From a candidate division WOR-3 bacterium (GTDB lineage: Bacteria; Hydrothermota; Hydrothermia; JBDRYB01): a DNA stretch of 17,478 nucleotides. The stretch lies in NCBI GenBank assembly GCA_039803205.1, contig JBDRYB010000033.1, forward strand, positions 1 to 17,478. The letters are read 5' to 3'. The position numbers were made by a program, and so were the translations under genes. The notes under the pieces are model-generated. The model saw only the letters and a list, made by a program, of their open reading frames with translations, did no database searches and was not told where the DNA came from. Numbering within the stretch: position 1 is the first letter of the stretch; every line of letters starts with the position of its first letter. Shown one piece after another: positions 1 to 7,982 of this stretch.

Positions 1-246
1 TTCCTCGCTTGCGCTTTCCTCATTCTCGTTGGTATGGCCATAGAACCCTTCGTCTCCACCTTCATACCCAGCCTCACGAGCTACGAGAGGAGGTATAGCG
101 TCTTCACCAAGGCACTCCTGTGTCTTGAACGATCGCGAGGAGGATACGCTAGGCTATCCTGCATCAGAACCTGTTTCTGGGGGGTGAGAGTGTATGTGGG
201 ATCTCAGAGGGAGGCCAGCCTGAGAATCTATCATCTGAAGGCATAA
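1..246 (+). CDS. Probable 3' part of a hypothetical protein running in from the left edge
   Basis: Frame 1 is open from base 1 (FLACAFLILVGMAIEPF..., hydrophobic stretch) to TAA at 244-246, ending just before the rsmI -10 box; no family recognised. Confidence 0.4.
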   Translation, partial: FLACAFLILVGMAIEPFVSTFIPSLTSYERRYSVFTKALLCLERSRGGYARLSCIRTCFWGVRVYVGSQREASLRIYHLKA

Positions 247-262
247 CCCCCCCTGTCTACAT

Positions 263-275
263 TATAATTTTCTCC
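263..275 (+). promoter_or_regulatory. -10 box (TATAAT) directly upstream of the rsmI start; probable leaderless promoter
   Basis: TATAAT at 263-268, spacer TTTCTCC, TTG at 276; no SD; same motif recurs before purL and the 10714 ORF. Confidence 0.7.
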
Positions 276-947
276 TTGGCCGGAACCCTTTATGTGGTAG
301 CGACCCCAATAGGGAACCTGGAGGACATAACCCTCCGGGCCCTCCGGATCCTCAAGGAAGCCGATGCGATCGCGTGCGAGGACACGCGAAGAGCACGGAA
401 GCTGTTGGCACACTATAAGATCGGGGCAAAACGCCTCATCTCATACTACGAGGGGAACGAGCGCGAGAGGGTTGATGAGCTCCTGGAAATTTTGCGTGGA
501 GGCAAGGATATCGCTCTCGTCTCGGATTCTGGAACACCGTGCATATCCGATCCGGGCTACAGGATAACCAGGGCTGCGGCAGCGGCGGGCATGAGCGTCG
601 TCCCGGTTCCAGGGCCATCAGCGGCCATAGCGGCTCTCTCTGCCTCCGGGCTTCCATCGGATCGCTTTGTGTTTGAGGGTTTCCTACCCAGGAAAAGGTC
701 GCATTTCAAAAAGCGCGTATCGGAGCTGTCCGACGAAATCAGGACCATCGTGCTCTACGAATCGGTTCACAGGATAAGCGAGACCCTATCTGAGCTAGCC
801 GAGGCCTTTGGAGAGCGCGAGGCCGTTGTTTTCAGGGAGCTGACGAAGTCCCACGAGGAGGCGCTCAGAGGCAGTTTATCCGATCTAGCCAAGAGGGATT
901 TCCCAAGAAAAGGGGAGTTCGTGGTGATCATAAGGGGAGCGAAATGA
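276..947 (+). CDS. rsmI: 16S rRNA (cytidine(1402)-2'-O)-methyltransferase
   Basis: LYVVATPIGNLEDITLRAL, ACEDTR, LVSDSGTPCISDPG, PVPGPSA, FEGFLP, RELTK.HEE, KGEFV motifs; TTG start. Confidence 0.96.
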   Translation: MAGTLYVVATPIGNLEDITLRALRILKEADAIACEDTRRARKLLAHYKIGAKRLISYYEGNERERVDELLEILRGGKDIALVSDSGTPCISDPGYRITRAAAAAGMSVVPVPGPSAAIAALSASGLPSDRFVFEGFLPRKRSHFKKRVSELSDEIRTIVLYESVHRISETLSELAEAFGEREAVVFRELTKSHEEALRGSLSDLAKRDFPRKGEFVVIIRGAK

Positions 948-1612
948 ACATCTACAGGCTAAAAGAGAGGCTAAAAGAGAGGACAAGAAGGGGTTTTTAT
1001 CTCCTCATGAAGCCCATAGTGATCCTCCTCACCAGGCTTCGCGTTCATCCAAACGCGCTTACGGTGATGGGTTTCCTGGTCACCCTTATAGCAGCCTGGC
1101 TTTACCTCTCTCATCCCCTTTGGATGGGGGGCCTTGTCCTTTTGGCCGGCGGCCTCTTTGACACCTTTGATGGCCAGGTGGCCAGGTTCTCCGGAAAGAA
1201 AAGCCGTTTCGGGGCTGTTCTGGATTCCGTTATGGACAGGCTGACGGAATTCGCGGTATTCTGCGCTCTACTGTGGAGGTTTAAGGAAGTCCCATGGCAG
1301 TTCATTGTGATAGCCTCAGCAATGGCCGCATCCATAATGGTAAGCTACACGAGGGCAAGGGGAGAAGGGGTCATATGCGAGGATAGGCCGATGTGGGAGA
1401 CCAAGAATCTCATGAGGAGCCTGAAGTCCGGGCCCATGGCGAGGCCAGCGAGGTATTTCTACATAATAATCGCGTCGTTTGCTCCGCCCTTCTGGTTTAT
1501 TCTGCTGATGATCCCGTTCAACTTGCTCACTTGGTTTACGGTTGCATGGCGTTGCAAGGAGCTTTATACTTTGCTCTCTCCTCTTCCGGGAGATAAGGAA
1601 AGGAGGAAATGA
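944..1612 (+). CDS. CDP-alcohol phosphatidyltransferase, probable phosphatidylinositol-phosphate synthase
   Basis: HPNALT and D-x2-DG-x2-AR...G-x3-D-x3-D signature (DTFDGQVAR...[10 protein letters not shown]); VSYTRARGE motif typical of inositol-using members; several TM helices; coupled to ino1. Confidence 0.85.
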   Translation: MNIYRLKERLKERTRRGFYLLMKPIVILLTRLRVHPNALTVMGFLVTLIAAWLYLSHPLWMGGLVLLAGGLFDTFDGQVARFSGKKSRFGAVLDSVMDRLTEFAVFCALLWRFKEVPWQFIVIASAMAASIMVSYTRARGEGVICEDRPMWETKNLMRSLKSGPMARPARYFYIIIASFAPPFWFILLMIPFNLLTWFTVAWRCKELYTLLSPLPGDKERRK

Positions 1613-2715
1613 CTGAGATGAATCGGAAGGTAAGGGTTGCTATAGTTGGAGTGGGCAATTGCGCCTCAAGCATTGTCCAGGGCGTTTACTATTACAGGAA
1701 CGCCAAAGAGGGAGACTTCATACCAGGCATAATGCATCCCGTCTTGGGTGGATACCACATAGGGGATGTGGAATTCGTCGCCGGCTTTGACATAAATGAG
1801 ACAAAGGTCGGCAAAGACATAGCCGAAGCCATATACGCTGATCCCAACAATACCTATGTGTTCGCGCAGGTCCCCCCTTCCGGCGCGAAGGTCTACCGAG
1901 GCCCCACCATGGATGGCCTGGGCAAGTATCTGGTCGGTATAATCAAGGAATCCAAGGAACCTCCTGTTGATGTGGCTAAGGTCCTCAGGGATGTTGGTGC
2001 TGATGTTGTTCTGAATTACCTGCCGGTTGGCTCCGAAGAGGCAACCCGCTATTACGCGCAGGCCGCCATTGACGCTGGCTGTGCCTTCGTGAATGGCATT
2101 CCGGTGTTCATTTCCTCTGATCCCGTTTGGGCAAAGAAGTTCAAGGACGCGGGACTACCGGTTCTTGGCGATGACATAAAATCCCAGGTTGGCGCTACTA
2201 TACTCCACAGGACGCTCGTCCAGTTGTTCAACGACAGGGGCGTGAAGATCCTGAGGACGAGCCAGCTGAATGTGGGCGGAAACACGGATTTCATAAACAT
2301 GCTTGAGCGCGAGCGGCTTGATTCAAAGAAGAAGTCAAAGACCCAAGCCGTGACATCCATGATCCCTTATGACATTGGGGCCAAGAATGTCTACATAGGC
2401 CCATCGGACTATGTGGCCTGGCTTGATGACAGGAAATGGGCCCACATCCGCATAGAAGGCCAGACATTCGGGGATGTTCCCCTGACAATAGAGCTCAAGC
2501 TTGAGGTCTGGGATAGTCCAAACTCCGCAGGAGTCATGATAGACGCTGTCCGTTGCGCTAAGATAGCCCTGGATGCAGGATTATCCGGCCCTATTTGGGA
2601 GCCATCCTCCTATTTCTTCAAGTCGCCTCCAAAGCAGGTTCCAGATTTCAAGGCGAGGCAGCTAGTTGAGGAGTGGGTTGCAAAATACGCCAAACCGGTT
2701 GGCGTTGAAAAGTAA
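1609..2715 (+). CDS. ino1: myo-inositol-1-phosphate synthase
   Basis: [57 protein letters not shown] motifs; start could be ATG at 1618 (AGGAGG at 1601-1606). Confidence 0.96.
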   Translation: MTEMNRKVRVAIVGVGNCASSIVQGVYYYRNAKEGDFIPGIMHPVLGGYHIGDVEFVAGFDINETKVGKDIAEAIYADPNNTYVFAQVPPSGAKVYRGPTMDGLGKYLVGIIKESKEPPVDVAKVLRDVGADVVLNYLPVGSEEATRYYAQAAIDAGCAFVNGIPVFISSDPVWAKKFKDAGLPVLGDDIKSQVGATILHRTLVQLFNDRGVKILRTSQLNVGGNTDFINMLERERLDSKKKSKTQAVTSMIPYDIGAKNVYIGPSDYVAWLDDRKWAHIRIEGQTFGDVPLTIELKLEVWDSPNSAGVMIDAVRCAKIALDAGLSGPIWEPSSYFFKSPPKQVPDFKARQLVEEWVAKYAKPVGVEK

Positions 2716-2784
2716 GGGCAACCCTTGTGGTTCCCCTCCTTTAAGAGTCAGTCAATAGTTCAAGGGTAAACCGGAGGCATAGGG

Positions 2785-3408
2785 GTGCGCGGTTTTTTCC
2801 TCGTTATAGAAGGCATAGAGGGGTCAGGTAAGACAACTCTAGCCAGGGGCCTTGCTGAACGCCTTGAATCCGTGGGCCACCCTGTTATTCTCACCAGGGA
2901 ACCCGGCGGAACACCTGTTGGTGAAAGAATAAGGGAGCTACTCCTCTACTCCGGCCGGGACATCTCTCCATGGTCGGAATTCTTCCTCTTTCTCGCGGCA
3001 AGAAGGGAACACACCTTTAGCGTCATAAGGCCCGCGCTCTTGGAGGGAAAAATAGTCATATCAGACAGGTATTCCCTTTCCTCTTTTGCTTACCAGGGTT
3101 ATGGTCGCGGGCTTCCCCTAAAAATACTCTCTCGGCTAAACAAATTCGCGACCGGGGGACTAGTTCCACACCTCACGATAATAGCAGACCTTCCAGTTGA
3201 GAAGGCTTTCGCTAGGATAGGCAAGGAGAGGGATAGGATTGAGGCAGAGGGTGCTGAGTTCCACGAGCGCGTGAGGCAGGGTTATCTGAGAATGGCCAGG
3301 AGGGCTGGAAAGAGGATAAGGGTGATTGACACTAGGAAGCCCCCTGAGGAGGTCCTTGAGGAGGCTATGGGGATGGTGGCTGAGCGGTTAAATCGTTTCG
3401 GCATATAG
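2785..3408 (+). CDS. tmk: Thymidylate kinase
   Basis: EGIEGSGKTT P-loop, TREPGGT, SDRY..SS.AYQG, DRIE; GGAGG at 2773-2777 before GTG. Confidence 0.96.
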   Translation: MRGFFLVIEGIEGSGKTTLARGLAERLESVGHPVILTREPGGTPVGERIRELLLYSGRDISPWSEFFLFLAARREHTFSVIRPALLEGKIVISDRYSLSSFAYQGYGRGLPLKILSRLNKFATGGLVPHLTIIADLPVEKAFARIGKERDRIEAEGAEFHERVRQGYLRMARRAGKRIRVIDTRKPPEEVLEEAMGMVAERLNRFGI

Positions 3409-3429
3409 CCTCAAGCGGGATGGCTATAT
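3403..3429. repeat. 8-bp inverted repeat between convergent tmk and purQ; possible terminator hairpin
   Basis: ATATAGCC (3403-3410) - 11 nt - GGCTATAT (3422-3429); no clear U tract on either strand. Confidence 0.3.
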
Positions 3430-3460
3430 CAGACATGCACAACAACAAGAGGCGTCCTAC

Positions 3461-4132
3461 CTAAATTCCCAAAGCCTTCTTCAGCGATAAAAATATCCCC
3501 AGGCCAGAGCCATCCCCGAGGACGCGCTCTGAGTTTCGCTCCGGGTGGGGCATCATCCCGAGGACATTCCCGCGCTCGTTGATTATCCCAGCAATGGAGT
3601 TGAGGGAACCGTTTGGGTTCTCCCCGTGGTATCTGAAGAGAACGAGGCCCTTGGCCTCAAGAGCGTCAAGCTCGGGCTCCGGCAGGTAATACCTTCCCTC
3701 GGAATGCGCTATTGGCATGCGAATTATCTGTCCTCTCTCGTAATAAGAGCTAAACGGGGTATCGTTTCTCTCCACCAAAAGCTCAACCGTCTTGCAAATG
3801 AACCTCCTCGTTATGTTCTTGGCCAGAGCACCGGGGAGAAGCCCTGCCTCCGTGAGTATCTGAAACCCGTTGCATATCCCGAGGACGAGGCCTTTATCCT
3901 TCTCCGCGTAATCAAGAAGGGCATCCATTATGGGCGAGAAACGGGCTATTGAGCCCGCCCTCAGGTAATCTCCGTAGGAAAACCCGCCTGGTAGAACAAC
4001 GAGACCGTAGCCATCCAGCCGGGTGTCCTTGTGCCAGATGAACTCCGTTGGTATCCCGGCGACATCCCGGAGCGCATGGAAAGCATCATAGTCGCAGTTT
4101 GAACCCGGGAATATAACGACTCCAGCCTTCAA
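3461..4132 (-). CDS. purQ: Phosphoribosylformylglycinamidine synthase glutaminase subunit
   Basis: [51 protein letters not shown] start overlaps purL TGA. Confidence 0.97.
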   Translation of the reverse strand: MKAGVVIFPGSNCDYDAFHALRDVAGIPTEFIWHKDTRLDGYGLVVLPGGFSYGDYLRAGSIARFSPIMDALLDYAEKDKGLVLGICNGFQILTEAGLLPGALAKNITRRFICKTVELLVERNDTPFSSYYERGQIIRMPIAHSEGRYYLPEPELDALEAKGLVLFRYHGENPNGSLNSIAGIINERGNVLGMMPHPERNSERVLGDGSGLGIFLSLKKALGI

Positions 4133-6261
4133 CCCTCCATCTCCTTTTCTATTGAGGAATAAGCCTCCTCAAGCGCACTCAGGCTCACGCCTCTCCCGTT
4201 CAGGAGCATCTCTCCCCCTCCGGTAATCCCTATTCTCGTCGCGGGAACGCCATATCCCTCAGCAATCGCCAAAACCCTTGACTCGTGCTCGGGTCTCGCG
4301 CTCACCACGAATGCTCCCCTACCCTCTCCGAAGAGAAACTCCGGGCTCTCAGGTGATGTAATGCTAACGCCAATTCGGTTGAGAATGCAGGATTCCGCTA
4401 TCGCGACCAGCAGTCCACCATCCGATACATCGTGGCAGGAGAGGAGAAGGCGTTCGGAGTGCATAGCCAAAACGGCCTCAGCCAGACGCCTCTCGTAATA
4501 GAGATCGGTCTGTTCAAGCCTTCCTCCTATCTCGGAAAATACAGCCTGGTAAAGGCTCCCTGTTAACGAACCGGCCCTCCCGATGAGAAACACGGAAAGC
4601 CCTTCTTGCGGGAAACCAGCCCTCACAGCCAAAGAGACATCATCCAGAAGTCCAACCATACCTATAACCGGCGTGGGGAAGACCTTGTGCGTCTCTGTCT
4701 GATTGTAAAAGCTGACATTCCCCGATACAACTGGAATGTTGAGGGCAGCAGCGGCCTCGGAGAGCCCAGCCACGGCCTCGGCGAAATCCCAGAGAACCTC
4801 TGGGTCCTCAGGGCTGGCAAAGTTGAGGCAATCCGTGATGCCAAGAGGCATCGCGCCAACAGCAACGAGGTTCCGCATGGCCTCGCAAACAGCCCTCCTA
4901 GAGCCCTCCCTTGGGTCCATGTGAAGGAACCTGGCGTTGCAATCAACGGTTAGTGCAATACCGAAATCCTGGCCCTTGATCCTCATGACCGCCGCATCAG
5001 CGGCCCCGGGAACCAGAGCCGTATTCGTCATCACCGTGTGGTCGTATTGCCTGAAAACCCAGGTCTTGTCAGCAACATCCGGCTCAGAAACTAGCCTGAT
5101 GAGTGCCGCATCCCAAGGTATATCGGGTATCCGCGGGGACTTTCTGGAGATCACGGAGATGCGGGCCGGTTCGGTTCTCGGAAGATCCCTAACTGGGCAC
5201 GCTCCGAGGGCCTCGGAGGGGATCTCGGCGACAACTTGGCCTCTGTGCCATACACGAAAGACAGGCTCTTCTATCACATGTCCTATCACCTCAGCGTTCA
5301 GGTCCCACTTGTGATATATATCAATTACCTCACGCTCCCTTCCAGCCTCCACGCACATCACCATGCGCTCCTGGGATTCGGATATGAGTATCTCCCAGCT
5401 CTGGAGGTCAGGAACCCTGAGGGGAACCCTCTCGAGGAATATCTCCGCGCCCAGTCCCCCTTTGTGAGCCATCTCGCCGAGGCCAGAAAGCCCTCCGGCC
5501 CCGAGGTCCTGAATTCCCAGTATAGCGCCCGTGGCGAGGGCCTCAAGCGTAGCCTCAATTAGGAGCTTCTCCATGAACGGGTCCCCGACCTGGACAGCCG
5601 GCCTCTTCTCCTCCGTGTCTCCGACCAGGTCCTCTGATGCAAAGGCCGCTCCGCCCATTCCATCCCTTCCGGTCGTTGAACCAGCAAGGATTATGGGGTT
5701 TCCTGGGCCAACGAGCCTCGCACGCATAAAATCCTCCTCACGCATTATGCCAACGCACATCACATTCACCAGTGGGTTCCCCTTGTAGGACTCGTCAAAA
5801 TAGACCTCTCCTGCAACGGTCGGCACCCCAACAGAGTTCCCGTAGAAGGATATTCCGTGAACAACGCCCTCAAACAGCCACTTTGACCTCTCATCAGAAA
5901 GGGGGCCAAAACGGAGGGAATCCGCCAGGGCAACAGGCCTTGCCCCCACAGAGAGGATGTCCCTGATTATGCCGCCTATCCCCGTAGCGGCGCCGTGAAC
6001 TGGTTCAACTGCTGAGGGGTGGTTGTGGCTTTCCATCTTGAAGGCCGCGCAATAGCCGTTTTTCAATCGGAGTATGCCCGCGTTCTCTCCAGGACCCTGT
6101 AGAACCCAGGGCGCTTCAGTTGGAAGCATTTTGAGGTATGGCCTGGATGACTTGTAGGAGCAATGTTCTGACCAGAGGACCGAAAACACCGCCTCCTCAG
6201 TGGGATTGGGCTCCCTTCCGAGGAACCCCTTTATGGCGTCGCGCTCGGCTTGGGTGAACAA
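4129..6261 (-). CDS. purL: Phosphoribosylformylglycinamidine synthase subunit PurL (small type)
   Basis: [66 protein letters not shown]; 710 aa; TTG start. Confidence 0.97.
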   Translation of the reverse strand: MFTQAERDAIKGFLGREPNPTEEAVFSVLWSEHCSYKSSRPYLKMLPTEAPWVLQGPGENAGILRLKNGYCAAFKMESHNHPSAVEPVHGAATGIGGIIRDILSVGARPVALADSLRFGPLSDERSKWLFEGVVHGISFYGNSVGVPTVAGEVYFDESYKGNPLVNVMCVGIMREEDFMRARLVGPGNPIILAGSTTGRDGMGGAAFASEDLVGDTEEKRPAVQVGDPFMEKLLIEATLEALATGAILGIQDLGAGGLSGLGEMAHKGGLGAEIFLERVPLRVPDLQSWEILISESQERMVMCVEAGREREVIDIYHKWDLNAEVIGHVIEEPVFRVWHRGQVVAEIPSEALGACPVRDLPRTEPARISVISRKSPRIPDIPWDAALIRLVSEPDVADKTWVFRQYDHTVMTNTALVPGAADAAVMRIKGQDFGIALTVDCNARFLHMDPREGSRRAVCEAMRNLVAVGAMPLGITDCLNFASPEDPEVLWDFAEAVAGLSEAAAALNIPVVSGNVSFYNQTETHKVFPTPVIGMVGLLDDVSLAVRAGFPQEGLSVFLIGRAGSLTGSLYQAVFSEIGGRLEQTDLYYERRLAEAVLAMHSERLLLSCHDVSDGGLLVAIAESCILNRIGVSITSPESPEFLFGEGRGAFVVSARPEHESRVLAIAEGYGVPATRIGITGGGEMLLNGRGVSLSALEEAYSSIEKEMEG

Positions 6262-6274
6262 GGGAGAAATTATA
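6262..6274 (-). promoter_or_regulatory. -10 box (TATAAT) directly upstream of the purL start; probable leaderless promoter
   Basis: Minus strand reads TATAAT (6274-6269) TTCTCCC TTG (6261-6259); no SD. Confidence 0.7.
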
Positions 6275-6350
6275 AGGGCTGGGGTCAGAGTAGTGCAGTT
6301 TGGCCCGAGCAGAAGACACGGATGGGTTCAGGGGTCAAGGAAATACAAGA

Positions 6351-7937
6351 TTAGAAAACCACCGAATTTTTCATGACCCTCATCCCCTCAAAATTCAATT
6401 CCCAAATGTAGATACCTGGCTTGAGCGGCCTGGCCATGTTCAGTTGGTTCTTGCCAGCCTCAAAAAGCCCCTCTCTGCCGAAAACGAGCCTGCCTGAAAC
6501 ATCATACACCGAGATGCATACATTTCCCCCTCTGGGCAGGGTGAAGATGAATCGCTCTCTGGAGAGGGAACCCGAGACTCCTGACTCCACTAGAACCCCT
6601 TCCTCTACGGAAACAGTGTTGGCGCCATAGATGAATGAAAGGGGATGGGTGGTAAAGGGCCAGTTCAGACAATATGGGACCAAAACGAGCGAATCGTAAT
6701 CGAGGGTCGGAACAGCTATAGCGCCATAGCCGTTTGTATCAATATCCATCCTATATATGTCTGAGGGAACGCCGGGGCCCGATCGGTAGCCTATGACGCT
6801 CGCACCCCAGGTATAACCATCCTGACCGTCAAAATAGATGTAGAGGGATTCGGCCTGGCCATAGGAGTTGAACACTATGAGATCCGTGCCCCCTGGTCCG
6901 TATATCGGAAAGATACCCTCGTTTCCGCTTGCCGGATAACTGCTGTGTGTTCTCAGAACCCTCACTGTTGGCCAAAGAGCCGCCTCTGACCAATGCCAGT
7001 TATCCCACATCCTGCCGCTGAACCACCTCCATAACGCGTAATCCGCCATCGCGGATTCCAAGCTGTCTCCGTAATCCCGTCTGAGAACCCCATCAATGTC
7101 TTCCAAGGTGTGGTTGCCCCAGTGGCGGCCCATGGAATCCCAGCATGCTTCTATTATGCCCGTGTCGGCTGTCCAAAACATCAGAAACAGGGGCCATGTC
7201 GTCGCGGCATACTCGTAGTAATCGGGGTTTGAATACGGTGCGTGGGTTATCTCGTAATTTGGGCGATTGAAGGGGGTCGCGGGCATATTGAAGTATAGCA
7301 TGTAGTAGTTTAAGTCAGGATAAACCATCTCCGTCGCCCACTGAGAGCAGTTCTCCATGAACCAGTCCCCATCAAGCGCGGTGTATGACATCTCGCACGC
7401 GTGCATGAACTCGTGGGCCACAACGGCCTCTGTCTGGCCGTTTGTGGTGTCCAGATGGTATGAGATCGCTATGTAGGTTATGTAGTCTTCCTGTTCAGGA
7501 TCAGGGCCCTGACCCTCGGAGGCACAATAGCCTGCCGCTCCGTCCCAAAGAGCAACTATGTAGATGTCATACCTGCTATCCCCACCTGCTGTGTCATCCG
7601 GTGGCGGCTCATCAAACCCCATGGAATCAACCTCTATTTCCCAGCAGTATTCAGCTATTCCCGCAATAAGCCTAACATAATCCATACCAACAGCGGCCGT
7701 GTCTGTTGTGTCATAGTGGATCCTGAAGTGTGTTGTATCAAAGAATGTCTGATTCGTGGGCCTCTGAGGCATCTTGGCTTCCGCGAGGAATCTTGGGGTC
7801 AGACAGAAATCACCGCGCGGGTTTCCCAGAAAGCATAAGATAAAAGGTCCAAATCCTGCCATGACGGGATCAAGTATGAAGCAAAGGCATACCCCAACGC
7901 CAACCAAAGGCACTCTGATATGGAGTTGCGCGGGCAC
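6351..7937 (-). CDS. Secreted zinc metalloprotease-like protein (MXAN_6640-like) with T9SS type-A-like C-terminal sorting domain
   Basis: HFRIHY near N-terminus, AHEFMHA (HExxH, 7415-7401) followed by WFME; C-terminus SVEE...ISVYDVSGRLV...LKPGIYIW...K; hydrophobic N-terminus. Start uncertain: GTG 7937 or ATG 7862. Confidence 0.75.
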   Translation of the reverse strand: MPAQLHIRVPLVGVGVCLCFILDPVMAGFGPFILCFLGNPRGDFCLTPRFLAEAKMPQRPTNQTFFDTTHFRIHYDTTDTAAVGMDYVRLIAGIAEYCWEIEVDSMGFDEPPPDDTAGGDSRYDIYIVALWDGAAGYCASEGQGPDPEQEDYITYIAISYHLDTTNGQTEAVVAHEFMHACEMSYTALDGDWFMENCSQWATEMVYPDLNYYMLYFNMPATPFNRPNYEITHAPYSNPDYYEYAATTWPLFLMFWTADTGIIEACWDSMGRHWGNHTLEDIDGVLRRDYGDSLESAMADYALWRWFSGRMWDNWHWSEAALWPTVRVLRTHSSYPASGNEGIFPIYGPGGTDLIVFNSYGQAESLYIYFDGQDGYTWGASVIGYRSGPGVPSDIYRMDIDTNGYGAIAVPTLDYDSLVLVPYCLNWPFTTHPLSFIYGANTVSVEEGVLVESGVSGSLSRERFIFTLPRGGNVCISVYDVSGRLVFGREGLFEAGKNQLNMARPLKPGIYIWELNFEGMRVMKNSVVF

Positions 7938-7977
7938 AGGGGCCGAGATTAAAATTTGCGAAACAACCGAAGGAGGT
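7926..7977 (+). promoter_or_regulatory. Putative sigma70 promoter and strong SD for the OmpA-domain gene
   Basis: TTGCGC (7926-7931) - 18 nt - TAAAAT (7950-7955); AAGGAGGT at 7970-7977 before ATG 7983. Confidence 0.5.
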
Positions 7978-7982
7978 TATAG

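Noticed and set aside
2716..2745. Weak hairpin GGGCAACC/GGTTCCC after ino1
   Set aside because: Bulged short stem and poor U tract; not called as a terminator.
3545..5966. Short ORFs overlapping purQ/purL, and similar 60-170-aa ORFs inside other genes
   Set aside because: Shadow or alternative-frame ORFs within well-supported genes, with no family features.
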